A stretch of DNA of 64,000 bases from an uncultured Verrucomicrobiae bacterium (GCA_963769025.1 CAVYKI010000006.1:352001-416000), one strand, 5' to 3'; counted from the stretch's first letter, positions 1 to 11,019 are shown. Notes: generated by a model not told the origin, from the letters alone. Program-made: numbers and translations.

Positions 1-2
1 GC

Positions 3-416
3 CTTGGCGTCAAGCAACTCGAAGACGATCCGTGGAAGGACATCGAGCAGCGCTTCAAAATCGGCGACAAGGTCAAGGGCAAGGTCGGCAAGATCGCTGC
101 CTTCGGCGCATTCGTCGAACTCGACGGCGGCATCGACGGCCTCGTGCACATCTCGCAGATCAGCGCGGACCGCGTCGATAAGGTGAAGGACGTCCTCAAG
201 GTCGGCCAGGAACTGGAAGCCCGCGTCATCAAGGTGGACAAAGCCGAGCGTCGCATCGGTCTTTCCATCAAGGCCGCGAACTACTCCGACGAAGACATGC
301 GCAAGGAAGCCGCTGCCTTCGAGAGCGCCATCAAGCCCGGCGAGGACCTCGTCGGACTCGACAAGGCGTTCGCCACGGCGCTCGAGGACTACCGTCCCGG
401 CGAGCCGAAGAAGTAG
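3..416 (+). CDS. rpsA: 30S ribosomal protein S1, C-terminal part (5' truncated by window edge)
   Basis: Open frame from nt 3: LGVKQLEDDPW...AAFGAFVELDGGIDGLVHISQIS...RRIGLSIK, typical S1 repeat; stop TAG 414-416. Confidence 0.95.
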   Translation, partial: LGVKQLEDDPWKDIEQRFKIGDKVKGKVGKIAAFGAFVELDGGIDGLVHISQISADRVDKVKDVLKVGQELEARVIKVDKAERRIGLSIKAANYSDEDMRKEAAAFESAIKPGEDLVGLDKAFATALEDYRPGEPKK

Positions 417-442
417 CCCGGCGTTTCCCAACTCCATTCGCG

Positions 443-484
443 ACCGCGGATGCTGCCTCGTGCGGCATCCGCGGTTTGCTTTTG
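443..484 (+). terminator. Intrinsic terminator after rpsA
   Basis: 14-bp stem ACCGCGGATGCTGC / GCGGCATCCGCGGT (one G-U pair), 5-nt loop, followed by TTGCTTTTG. Confidence 0.85.
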
Positions 485-507
485 CGCGGGAGGGGTCCGC
501 GGCGATG

Positions 508-647
508 GGTCCGCAGATCGCGCAGATTCACGCACAGTCAGATGCAGAGGTGAAAGGCGGCGGCACCGTATTCCCGTCGCCTTCGAACCCACCGGAAATT
601 TCCACCGCGTCTTAATCGCCGGGAATCTGCGCAATCTGCGATTGACC
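508..647. repeat. Intergenic inverted-repeat element built from 9-nt units (CGCAGATYN)
   Basis: CGCAGATCGCGCAGATTC (512-529) vs GAATCTGCGCAATCTGCG (623-640): 17/18 complementary, ~93-nt spacer. Confidence 0.75.
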
Positions 648-708
648 TGCCTTTGCGGGCTGAAAATGACGCTTGCGGAACGCGGCTCCGCGGCGAACAT
701 GAAGCACT

Positions 709-1059
709 ATGGACAAACCCAAAATCACTGCCTGGATGAAGCCCTCCTGCGGCTGGAGCAATGGCGTGCGCGCCGTGCTTCGCAAATACAATCTCGAATT
801 CGAGGACAAGGACATCATCAACAATCCCGCGTTCCGCTGGGAGATGGAGCAGAAGAGCGGCCAGCCCCTCCAGCCCACGTTGGAGATCAACGGCACGATG
901 CTCGCGGACATTTCCGGCGAGGAACTCGAAGGCTGGCTGATCGCAAACAACCTCACGCAGGCCAGCGACGCACCGGTGGACGTCCCGCTCAACAGCGCCT
1001 GCACCGACGCCCAGCACGAAGCGATGCGCGCCGGGGCGCCGCTGCCGTTCAAGGGCTAA
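709..1059 (+). CDS. Monothiol glutaredoxin-family protein
   Basis: KPSCGWS active-site-like motif, SGQPLQPTLEING; 116 aa. Confidence 0.85.
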   Translation: MDKPKITAWMKPSCGWSNGVRAVLRKYNLEFEDKDIINNPAFRWEMEQKSGQPLQPTLEINGTMLADISGEELEGWLIANNLTQASDAPVDVPLNSACTDAQHEAMRAGAPLPFKG

Positions 1060-1076
1060 CTCACGACCAATCTTGC

Positions 1077-1108
1077 AAAGCCGCGCCGGTAAAATGGCGC
1101 GGCTTTTT
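1077..1108. terminator. Terminator hairpin between convergent genes (probably bidirectional)
   Basis: AAAGCCGCGCC-8 nt loop-GGCGCGGCTTT followed by TT. Confidence 0.8.
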
Positions 1109-1128
1109 GCTGCCCGGAAGTGCCGCGG

Positions 1129-1539
1129 CTACTTCGCGCCGGCGAGGACTCCCTCCGCCCACGCCGCGCGGCCCGAATGGTTCCAGCCGTCGTTCAGCAG
1201 CCACTGGAGCTGGATGTCCATGGAGAAGTCGCCGTTCGGTTGCGGAAAGGAAGTGTCACCTGCGGAAGCCCCGTGCGGGTCCGGCGCGGCGAGCGCGCGG
1301 GCCACGACGCGGCCGAATTTCAGCCGAAGCCCGATGAAGTAGTACTCGTCCGACTCCAGCAGCGGCCAGCGGCCCGACGTGGAAAAGGAATGCACGGCGG
1401 CATCCACATCCTCGCCCTTGTAGCGTTCCCGTTCGACGAGGTCCTGCGGGGAAAGCGTCCCGGCCTTCGGCGGGACTCCCTCGGGGAATTCAGCGATTTC
1501 CTTTTCGATTGCGGTGGCGAGTGCGAGCCATTGATTCAT
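1129..1539 (-). CDS. Hypothetical protein (136 aa)
   Basis: MNQWLALATAIEKEIAEF...GVLAGAK; natural-looking composition at the 3' end of ORF 1129..3657, fills the gap between grx and the protease gene. Confidence 0.7.
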   Translation of the reverse strand: MNQWLALATAIEKEIAEFPEGVPPKAGTLSPQDLVERERYKGEDVDAAVHSFSTSGRWPLLESDEYYFIGLRLKFGRVVARALAAPDPHGASAGDTSFPQPNGDFSMDIQLQWLLNDGWNHSGRAAWAEGVLAGAK

Positions 1540-1650
1540 GCGGAGGATGCATCGCCGAAAGTGGGGGCGCGGTGCAATAGCGATTTCGCGTCCGGCGGAA
1601 TTGAAAGGCGTGCTGGCCAGCGAATCGGAATTCTGGTTACCCGTGGCGCG

Positions 1651-2376
1651 ATGCCCGAGATTGATTACGCCGCAGGACTGCTGTGGTACTTTGTGTTCGT
1701 CTATTCGACCGTCTGCCACGAGGCGGCGCACGCATGGGCTGCGATGAAGCTGGGCGACAACACCGCGTATCATGGCGGGCAGGTCTCGCTCGATCCGATC
1801 CCGCACATCCGTCGCGAACCGTGGGGCATGGTCATCATCCCGATCGTCACGTTCTACTGGAACGCAATGGCCGGCGTGACGTGGATGATGGGCTGGGCCA
1901 GCGCGCCATATGATCCGCAGTGGGCCGCACGGCATCCGCGGAGCGCTGCGTGGATGGCGCTCGCCGGTCCCGCCGCGAATCTGCTGCTCGTGATCGCCGC
2001 GGCGATTTGCATCCGCCTCGGCATCGCCGCCGGGTGGTTTGCCGTGCCGGAGAGTTTTACTTTCGCCAAAATCGTCAGGGCGGCGGAGGAGGGCGGCGTT
2101 GCACAGTTTGCAGCAATGCTGCTCGGCGTGATGTTCTCGCTGAACCTCCTTCTGATGACCTTCAATCTCATCCCGCTGCCGCCCTTCGATGGTGCGAGCG
2201 TGCCGCTCCTTTTCCTGCGCGGTTCGAGCGCGACGTCGTGGCAGCAGCTGATGTGGAACCCGGCCGTGCAGCTCATGGGATTCATCGTCGCATTCAAAGG
2301 CTTCTGGGTCCTCTTCCACCCGATCCACACCTTCGCGATGAACCTGCTCTACTACGGCCGCGCCCACTACGGGTGA
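1651..2376 (+). CDS. Site-2 protease family (peptidase M50) membrane metalloprotease
   Basis: HEAAH zinc motif, AGPAAN, NLIPLPPFDG motif, several TM segments. Confidence 0.92.
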   Translation: MPEIDYAAGLLWYFVFVYSTVCHEAAHAWAAMKLGDNTAYHGGQVSLDPIPHIRREPWGMVIIPIVTFYWNAMAGVTWMMGWASAPYDPQWAARHPRSAAWMALAGPAANLLLVIAAAICIRLGIAAGWFAVPESFTFAKIVRAAEEGGVAQFAAMLLGVMFSLNLLLMTFNLIPLPPFDGASVPLLFLRGSSATSWQQLMWNPAVQLMGFIVAFKGFWVLFHPIHTFAMNLLYYGRAHYG

Positions 2377-2445
2377 CCGAGGGGACAGGAAAATTGCTTG
2401 GCCTGTCCCCCCAAACGAGAAAGCTCCGCACAACCGATCTTGAAA

Positions 2446-3345
2446 ATGAAATCCATCGTCACCGCCATCGCCATTGCTGCCGCACTTTTCCTGCCCGTCC
2501 GGGCGGATGAAAGGCAGCCTTCGCCCAAGGAACTGGAGGCGTTCAAAAAGGTCAGGGCGGCCATCGGCGAGCTCCAGTTTCAGTCGGGCGAGGTTTCGCT
2601 CGCGGGTGGAAAGGTGAAGCTCACGCTGCCGCCGGATTATCAATACCTCGACCCTGCGAACGCGCGGAAAGTCCTCGTGGACATCTTCGGAAATCCGCCC
2701 GGGGCCGGCAGCACGAATGGGATGATTGTCCCGAAGGGGATCAACTTCCTGCAGGGCGGCAGCTGGACCGCGGTGCTGCAATGGAAGGAGGACGGCTACG
2801 TGAAGGACGAGGACTTCGCGAAGACGGATTTCAACGGGATGCTGAGCGATTTGAAGAAGGCGTACAAGGTCGGCAGCGACGAGCGCGTGCGCGACGGTTA
2901 CGGCAAGATGGAGCTGCTCGCGTGGGCTCAGACGCCGCATTACGAGCCCGCGACTCACAAACTTTTTTACGCAAAGACGTTCGACGTCGGCGGACCCGAA
3001 CAACAGCTCAACTACGACATCCGCGTGCTCGGCCGGTATGGCGTGCTGGAAGTCAGCATCATGGCCTCGATGTCGCAGATGCACGAAATCGAGGCGAAGG
3101 CGCCTGCGATTCTTGGCATGGTGGATTTTACCGACGGCAACCGATACGCGGATTTCAAGCCGGGTACGGATAAGGTTGCCGCCTACGGCATCGCGGGGCT
3201 CATCGCGGGCGGCGTGCTCGGGAAGGCCGGGTTCTTCAAGATCGCCGGTTTGTTCCTCGTGAAGTTCGGGAAGGTGATCCTCATCGGCATTGCTGCGCTG
3301 GTCGTCGGGCTGGCGAAGTTCTTCGGGAAAAAGAAAGTCGCGTAG
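2446..3345 (+). CDS. DUF2167-family membrane-anchored protein
   Basis: Signal peptide; DGYVKD, LNYDIRVLGRYGVL, GNRYADF..GTDKVAAYGIAGLIAGG, C-terminal TM segments. Confidence 0.85.
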   Translation: MKSIVTAIAIAAALFLPVRADERQPSPKELEAFKKVRAAIGELQFQSGEVSLAGGKVKLTLPPDYQYLDPANARKVLVDIFGNPPGAGSTNGMIVPKGINFLQGGSWTAVLQWKEDGYVKDEDFAKTDFNGMLSDLKKAYKVGSDERVRDGYGKMELLAWAQTPHYEPATHKLFYAKTFDVGGPEQQLNYDIRVLGRYGVLEVSIMASMSQMHEIEAKAPAILGMVDFTDGNRYADFKPGTDKVAAYGIAGLIAGGVLGKAGFFKIAGLFLVKFGKVILIGIAALVVGLAKFFGKKKVA

Positions 3346-3484
3346 GCAGGCGCCGGCGGGTCCGGATTGTGGCGCTCGCCGAGGGCGGAACGGGTGAGCG
3401 GTGGCGCAGGATACACGCGCGCTCACAAATGAATTGGACGTCCGGGTTGAAGCCCGCAAGATGGAACGCGTCTCCAGATTCCCC

Positions 3485-6400
3485 ATGAAGAAAACCCATC
3501 CGTTCGCATCGTCTCTCCGCTGTATCGCCATCGCGCTGCTCGCGTGCGCCACCTCTGCTTTTGCACAGGAATACCTCGATATTCCTGCGAAGCCCGGCGT
3601 CGGCTCCGGGCAGGGAAAACGCATCGTGCTCGTCGCCGGCGACGAGGAATACCGCACCGAGGAGTCGTGCCCGATGCTGGCAAAGATTCTCAGCCAGAAG
3701 CACGGCTTTCATTGCACCGTGCTCTTTTCCACGGATCCGCAGGCCGGCTACGTCGACCCGAACAACCAGAAGAACATCCGCGGCACCGCGGTGCTGGACT
3801 CGGCGGACCTGCTCATCATCGGCACGCGTTTCCGACAGTTGCCGGACGACCAGCTCGCGCCATTCGCGCGCTTTCTCAATGCGGGCAAGCCGGTGATCGG
3901 ATTCCGCACGGCCACGCATGCGTTCAGCGGCAACGCGAAGACGGGCGACTTCAAGTGGTCGGAATTCGGGCTGAAGATTCTGGGTGAGAAGTGGGTCAAT
4001 CATCACGGTGCGCACAAAAAGGAAGGAACGCGCAGCGTCGTGGTGACTTCGAATGGCTCGCACGAAGTCCTGCGGGGCGTCGGCGAGATTTTCGCGACGA
4101 CGGACGTTTACGGCATCGCGAATCTCGATCATGTCCGCGACGATCCTGCTGCGCGGCGAGGTGACGGAGTCGCTCGATCCGGCATCGAAGGCGGTCGCCG
4201 GAAAAAAGAACGACCCGACGATGCCGCTGGCCTGGCTGCGCGAGTACACGGCGCCGAACGGCACGGCGAAAGGAAAGGCATTCTGCACGACGCTCGGCGC
4301 GTCGGTGGACTTTGCGGATGAAGACCTGCGCCGGCTGATCGTGAATGCCGCGCATCATCTGACGGGAGTGAAGGTGCCGACAAACGCGGACGTCGCCGTC
4401 GTGGACAAGTTCGAGCCGACTTTCTACGGCAATCTCAGCAGCGAGCACTACAAGAGCCTGAACCGGAAGCCGGCCGACTACGCGCTCGGCAAGAGCCCGT
4501 CCACAGGCACGCCCCACGCCGCGCCGAAAAAGGGGCCGCAGATCGATCCGAAAACCGGGGAGCGCATCCGGCCGAACAACAGCGGCCCCGGCGCGCCGCA
4601 TGCGCCGAACGCCGAGCCGCCCGCTGCGACCGCCGCACGCCCGCAGACCGTCGCGCCTCCGGCGAAAGGCGAGCGAATCGTGCTGCTCGGCAACGGCCTC
4701 GCCGAGCGCGACGTTTACTACAGCCGCATCGAGACGGAGCTGCATCTGCGCTATCCCGAGCATCAGCTTTTCCTCCGCAACATGGGCCGGCCCGGCGATA
4801 CGCCCGGCTTCCGCCCGCACCCGTCGCGCACTTCGCAGTGGGCATTTCCCGGCGCGGAGAAATTCCATCCGGAGCTGAACGTGCATCATGGCAAGGGCTT
4901 CTTCCCCACGCCGGACCAGTGGCTCACGCATCTGAAGGCGGACACCATCGTCGCGTTTTTCGGCTACAACGAATCCTTCGACGGAGCGAAGCGCGTGGCG
5001 AACTTCGAGGCCGAGCTCGACGCTTGGGTGCAGCACACGCTGGGCAAGGCTTACAACGGCAAAGGCGGCGCCGCGCATCGTGCTCGTCTCGCCGATCGCC
5101 TTCGAGGATCAGAGCGCGAAGCGCGACCTGCCGCGGGGCGATGCGGAAAACGCAAACCTGCTGCTCTACACCACCGCGATCGAAAACGTGGCGAGGAAGC
5201 ACAGGCTCACGTTCATCGATCTCTTCACGCCGACGAAGGCGATCTACGCCAAGGCGAAGGAACCCTTCACGACCGGCGGATTCATCCCGACCGAGGCCGG
5301 CTACGCAGCAGCTCGCGGGGATTCTCGCCACCGGCATCTACGGCCACCAGTCGCCGGTCTCGAAGGCCGACCCGGCCAAAGTCCTCGCGGCGGTGCAGCA
5401 GAAGGATTGGTTTTGGAACAACGACTACAACATCCTCAACGGCGTCCACACGCACGGCCAGCGCTACAATCCGTTCGGGCCGCAGAATTATCCCGACGAG
5501 GTGAAGAAGACCCGCGAGATGGCCGCGCTGCGCGACCAGCTCATCCACGCGGTCGCGGGCGGAAAAACGACTTCGCTCGCCGTGGACGACAGCAAGACGC
5601 ACCCGCTGCCGCCCGTGCCGACGAACTACTCCCCGACGAACGCTAAGAACGGCACGCAGGAGTATCAGTATGGCGAAGACGCCGTGAAGTCGCTCACAGT
5701 GCCGCCGGGCTACAAGGTCGAGCTCTTCGCGAGCGAAAAGGAATTCCCAAACCTCGCGAATCCGATGCAGCTCTCCTTCGACAACAAGGGCCGGCTTTGG
5801 GTCGCGGTGATGCCGACCTATCCGCACTATCGCCCCGGCGATCCGATGCCGAACGACAAGATCCTGATCTACGAGGACACGAACGGCGACGGAAAGGCCG
5901 ACAAGGAAACGGTCTTCGCCGATCACCTGCATCTGCCCATCGGTTTCGAATTCGCGCCCGAGGGCGTGTATGTCTCGCAGGAGCCGAATCTCGTGCTGCT
6001 GCGCGACACCGATGGCGACGACAAGGCCGACAGCCGCGAGATCGTGCTGGGCGGCTTCGACTCGCACGACACGCATCATGCGATCAGCGCCTTCACCGCG
6101 GACCCGAGCGGCGCATTCATCATGTGCGAGGGCGTGTTCCTTCACACGAATGTCGAGACGCCCTACGGTCCCGTGCGCTGTGTGGACGGCGGCTTCTACC
6201 GCTACAGCCCGCAGCGCGGGCACCTCGAACGCACCGCGCAGCTCGCGATCCCAAATCCGTGGGGCGCGGTCTTCGACGCGTGGGGCCAGGATTTCTTCCT
6301 GCACACGTCGGGCCCGAGCATGAACTGGATGCTGCCGGTCTCGGTGAAGCCGACCTTCGGCAGCAAGACGCCTTCGACGCCCGATCTGGTCCCGAAGGGC

Positions 6401-7735
6401 CAGAGCGTGCGGCCCACGTCTGGCCTCGACATCGTCTCCTCGCGCCATTTTCCCGACGAAGTGCAGGGCGACATCATCCTGGGCAATGCCATCGGATTCC
6501 TCGGCATGAAGCAGCACCAGATCGAGGACGACGGGACGGGATGGAAGACGACGTTCCGCCAGGATCTGCTGAAGAGCACCGACGGCAATTTCCGCCCGGC
6601 CGATCTCGAGTTCGCGCCGGACGGCTCACTCTACGTCATCGACTGGCACAACGTGCTCATCGGCCACATGCAGCACAACGCCCGCGACCCGCTGCGCGAT
6701 CACGTGCATGGGCGCATCTACCGCATCACCTATCCGTCGCGCCCGCTCGTGAAGCCCGCGCAGGTGGCCGGCGCGCCGATTGCGACGCTGCTCGAAAATC
6801 TCAAGCTGCCGGAGCTGCGCGCGCGTTACCGCACACGGCGCGAACTGCGCGGGCGCCCCGCCGCCGAAGTGTTGCCCGCGCTGAAGGCGTGGGTGGCGAA
6901 ACTCGACAGGTCCGACGCCCAATACGAGCACCACGTCCTCGAAGCGCTCTGGACGACATGGGGGCTCAACCAGCCCGACGACGCGCTGCTGCGCCAGATG
7001 CTCGCCGCGAAGGATCACCGCGCCCGGGCCGCCGCCGTCCGCGTCCTGCGCTACAATACCCACCGCTTCGCCGATCACGTCGCGCTCCTCGAAAAGGCTG
7101 CAAATGATCCCCATGGCCGCGTGCGCCTCGAGGCCATCGTCGCAGCGTCCTGGCTGCCGAACATCGCCGCCGCGAAAAACATCGTCGCGCTCGCCTCCAA
7201 GCAACCGCTCGACGACTGGAGCAGGAACGCCGCAAAGACCGCCGCCGATCGGCTCGCCGGCATCGCGGAGACGGAAAAGCCGGACCATCCCGTCCTGCCC
7301 GCGCCCGAGCACCTCGCGTCGGATGCGAAGAAGCAGTTCCTCGCCGGACAGGAAGTCTATTTCCGCGAAGGCCACTGCGTCACCTGCCACCAGCCAAATG
7401 GCGGCGGACTCGATCCCGCCTTTCCGTCGCTGGTGAAAAGCCCGTGGGTGAACGGCGACGCCGAGCGGCTGATCAAGCTCACACTCTACGGCCTGATGGG
7501 ACCGCTCGAAATCGACGGCAAAAAGTACGACGGCCAGGTGCCCATGACGCCGTTCGGCGGGATGTTGAAGGACGACGAAATCGCCGCCGTGCTGACCTTC
7601 GTGAGGAACACCTTCGGAAACAAATCCGCGCCGGTCACTCCCGCTCAGGTCAAGGCCGTGCGCGACGCGAATCCGGACCGCGTGATGTTCTTCACTGTGG
7701 ACGAACTGCTCAAGCAACACCCGATGAAGCCGTGA
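3485..7735 (+). CDS. Large secreted fusion: ThuA-like domain + SGNH-like domain + PVC-type heme-binding (CxxCH) beta-propeller dehydrogenase; 3 apparent +1 frameshifts (~4132, ~5064, ~5305)
   Basis: Contiguous coding segments in ORFs 3401, 4053, 5080 and 4838; AGDEEYRTEE (ThuA-like), GNGLAER/FGYNES (SGNH-like), LFASEKEFPNLANP, DTNGDGKAD, FRPADLEFAPDGSLYVIDWHN, HEAT-like helices, CVTCH cytochrome c. Confidence 0.85.
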
Positions 7736-7816
7736 TCCGCGGGCGCCCTCATTGGTCACCTTCCTGATCCCAGGCGCGCCCGCCCGGCGATTGCCGCATC
7801 CGGTTTGCGTCCGGCC

Positions 7817-9232
7817 TCAGACTCCGATGCGCGCCTGGAGCGTCTCGGCGATTCGATCCGCGTGGCGGCCGATGATGTCGGCGTCGCGGCCCTCGATGAG
7901 GAGGCGGATCTTCGGCTCGGTGCCGCTGTAGCGGAGCAGCACGCGCCCCGCGCCTTTCAGTTCGGATTCGGCCGCCGTCACCAGCGAGAGCACGTCGGGC
8001 ATCTGTTCGAGCGGGATTTTTTCGCGGACCTTCAGGTTGCGCTGCGCCTGCGGGTACTTGCGCAGGCATTTCTTAAGCTCGCTGAGCGGCCTGCCCGATT
8101 CCGCCATGATGCGCAGGATCTGCAGCGCGCTCACGATGCCGTCGCCGGTCGTGGAGTAGTCGCGGAAAATCATGTGGCCGCTTTGCTCGCCGCCGACGTT
8201 GAGATCCTCGCGCAGCATCGCCTCGATCACGTGCCGGTCGCCGACCTTGGTGCGGAGCACCTGGCCCTTGGCTTCCTTCAGCGTTTCGTCGAGGCCGAAG
8301 TTGCTCATGATCGTGGCGACGAGCGTGTTTTTCGCCAGCGTGCCGCGGCGCAGGTGATCGACGGCGGCGATGGCGAGGATGTCGTCCCCGTCCACGATCT
8401 CGCCTTTCTCGTCGCAGAGTTGCAACCGGTCGGCATCGCCGTCGTGGCTGATGCCGATGTGCGCGCCCGTCTCCTTCACGAGCCGCGAAATCTCCTCCGG
8501 ATACGTGCTGCCGCAGTTGGCGTTGATGTTCCGTCCGTCCGGCGTGTCGTGGAAGACATGGCAGGTCGCGCCGAGCTCGCGAAGGATCCATGGCGTGCTC
8601 TTGTAGGCCGCGCCATTACCCACATCCACCGCGATGCGGATGCCCTCTAGGGTCAGGCCTTTCGGGAAGCTCGCCTTCGCGTGTTCGACGTAGCGGCCCA
8701 GCGCGTCGTCGATGCGGCGCGCCTGGCCGATTTTACCCGCGATGGGGCGGATGTTTTCGATCTCGCCGCTGAAGACGAGGTTCTCGATCCGCTGCTCGAT
8801 TTCGTCGTCGAGCTTGTAGCCGTCGAAGCGGAAAAACTTGATGCCGTTGTCCTCATACGGATTGTGCGAGGCGCTGAGCACGATGCCGCCATCCGCTCGC
8901 AAGGAGCGCGTGATGTACGCGACGCCGGGCGTGGGGAGGGGACCGAGCAGGAAGACGTCCACGCCGAGCGACATCAGCCCCGCGGCCATCGCGTTCTCGA
9001 GCATGTAGCCGGAAAGGCGCGTGTCCTTGCCGATGACGATGACGGGCCTGCGATCCGTGCGATGCGTGAGCCCGCCGGCCTCGGTGAAGACGTGCGCCGC
9101 CGCACGACCGAGCTTCAGGGCGGTTTCGGCGGTGACGGGCTCGAGATTGGCGACGCCACGGATGCCGTCCGTGCCGAAGAGTTTCCGATGGTTGTCGAGG
9201 GACTCCGGGGTTCCGCTATTTTTTTTCACCAT
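7817..9232 (-). CDS. glmM: Phosphoglucosamine mutase
   Basis: LFGTDGIRG, GKDTRLSGYM, SASHNP phosphoserine motif, DGDADR, GGEQSGH, LLRYSGTEP. Confidence 0.97.
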   Translation of the reverse strand: MVKKNSGTPESLDNHRKLFGTDGIRGVANLEPVTAETALKLGRAAAHVFTEAGGLTHRTDRRPVIVIGKDTRLSGYMLENAMAAGLMSLGVDVFLLGPLPTPGVAYITRSLRADGGIVLSASHNPYEDNGIKFFRFDGYKLDDEIEQRIENLVFSGEIENIRPIAGKIGQARRIDDALGRYVEHAKASFPKGLTLEGIRIAVDVGNGAAYKSTPWILRELGATCHVFHDTPDGRNINANCGSTYPEEISRLVKETGAHIGISHDGDADRLQLCDEKGEIVDGDDILAIAAVDHLRRGTLAKNTLVATIMSNFGLDETLKEAKGQVLRTKVGDRHVIEAMLREDLNVGGEQSGHMIFRDYSTTGDGIVSALQILRIMAESGRPLSELKKCLRKYPQAQRNLKVREKIPLEQMPDVLSLVTAAESELKGAGRVLLRYSGTEPKIRLLIEGRDADIIGRHADRIAETLQARIGV

Positions 9233-9264
9233 ACGCCGTGGCTCCGAATTCAATGCTCCGTGCC

Positions 9265-10149
9265 TTAGGCTGCGATATCGTCGGTTCGGCGAGCTGGCTC
9301 TTTCGGATGACCGCCCAGAGGAGGATTGCCAGCGCCAGCGAGACCGTCTTCGCCAACAGGTTGTTCGTGAGCAGGGCTTTCATGAATTGGCATCAGGAGT
9401 AGTTCGGAAAGGCGCGCGCGCAAGCTCGCGGGCGTGAATTCTCGTTCAAGTTTCCCGCGATGGCAGAGCGAGACGGCGCCCGTCTCCTCGCTCACGATGA
9501 GGACGATCGCGTCGCTTTCCTCGGTCAGCCCTATGGCCGCGCGGTGGCGCAGGCCGAGATTGCGGTCGAGGTCCTGCCGCTGGCTGACGGGAAAAATGCA
9601 CCCCGCGCTGATGATCCGGTCGCTGCGGACGATGAGGCCGCCATCGTGGAGCGGAGTCTTCGGGTGGAAAATGGTGACGATGAGTTCGGGCGAGAGCCGG
9701 CTGTCGATCATCACGCCGCTCTCGATGTGCGACTGGATGTCCGTGCCGCGCTGGATGGCGATCAGCGCGCCCAGATGCTTGCTGGAGAGATCGAACGCGG
9801 TCTGCGAGAGCTCCTCGACGATCTCCTTGTTCTCGGGCGGGATGCCGAAGATGTGATGGCTGCCGAGCTGCGCGAGCATGCGCCGGAGTTCGGGTTGGAA
9901 AATCACGACCAGCGCGACGATGACGACCGCCGAGATGCGCTGGAGCAGCCAGCTGATGACCTCCAGCCCGAAAAGCTGCGAGAGCAGCACGAGGCCGAGC
10001 ACGAGCGAGCCGAGGCCCGTGAGCACACGCAGGCCGCGCGTTCCTCGAAGACCGAGGTACGCGTAGTAGACGCCTACCGCGAGGATGATGACCTCGAGTG
10101 CATCCTTCCAGTGGTCGGAGGCGATATCCTGGATGCCCGCGAGAATCAT
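9265..10149 (-). CDS. cdaA: Diadenylate cyclase CdaA/DacA (membrane-bound, DisA_N domain)
   Basis: Three N-terminal TM helices, FQPELRR, TPLHDGG, GLRHRAAIGLTE, VSEETG. Confidence 0.93.
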   Translation of the reverse strand: MILAGIQDIASDHWKDALEVIILAVGVYYAYLGLRGTRGLRVLTGLGSLVLGLVLLSQLFGLEVISWLLQRISAVVIVALVVIFQPELRRMLAQLGSHHIFGIPPENKEIVEELSQTAFDLSSKHLGALIAIQRGTDIQSHIESGVMIDSRLSPELIVTIFHPKTPLHDGGLIVRSDRIISAGCIFPVSQRQDLDRNLGLRHRAAIGLTEESDAIVLIVSEETGAVSLCHRGKLEREFTPASLRARLSELLLMPIHESPAHEQPVGEDGLAGAGNPPLGGHPKEPARRTDDIAA

Positions 10150-11019
10150 GCGCCGAGAATCGCCTCCGTCATCCGGAGCGCCTCCACGTTGGGTTTCACG
10201 TCGTGCACGCGGAACACCCGCGCACCGCGTTCGCGGCTGTGGCAGGTGAGCGCGACCGTGGGCCACTCGCGATCCTCCGGCGCGGAAAGTCCGAGCACTT
10301 TTCCAATGAAGCTCTTGCGCGAAACGCCGATGGCCAGCGGGCGTCCGGGGAGCGCGAGTTCGTTCACGCGCTGCAAGAGCGCAAGATTGTGCCGCGGCGT
10401 TTTTCCAAAGCCGATACCGGGGTCCATCGCGATGTGTGTGGCAGGCACGCCGGAGGCTACGCACCGCTGCAGGCTGTGGCAAAAGAATTCCCGGACGGCA
10501 GCGCACACATCGGCGTAGCGTGGCGCCTCCTGCATCGTTCGTGGTTCGCCTTGCATGTGCATGATGACTACGCCTGCGCCGCTCTCTTTGGCCGCCTCCG
10601 TCATCCCGGCGTCACGGAGTCCGCCGACGTCGTTGATGATGGATGCTCCCGCGCTCGACGGCAGCCTTCGCCACCGCCGGTTTCATCGTGTCCACGCTGA
10701 TGACGAACCGCTCCCCGTGGCCGGCGCGCTTCGCGAGTTCCCCGATGATTGGCAGCACGCGCCGCAATTCCTCGCGTTCGTCCACGGGCTCCGCGCCGGG
10801 GCGCGTGCTCTCGCCGCCGACATCGATGATTTCCGCGCCGTCCGCGATCATGCGGTCCGCGTGGGCAAGCGCGGAAGCGAGGTTCACAAAGCGCCCGCCG
10901 TCGCTGAACGAATCGGGCGTCACATTCAGGATGCCCATCACGACACCGCGCTGCGTGAGATCAAACTCGCGCGTGCGCGTGCGCCAAATGATTTGCGGAT
11001 TGGTCGAAGTATCGTGCAT
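10146..11019 (-). CDS. folP: Dihydropteroate synthase; one apparent +1 frameshift at ~10649
   Basis: MGILNVTPDSFSDGG, DVGGESTRPG, SVDTMK in one frame; MHMQG, DPGIGFGK, GVSRKSFIG, FRVHDV in the next. Confidence 0.93.
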
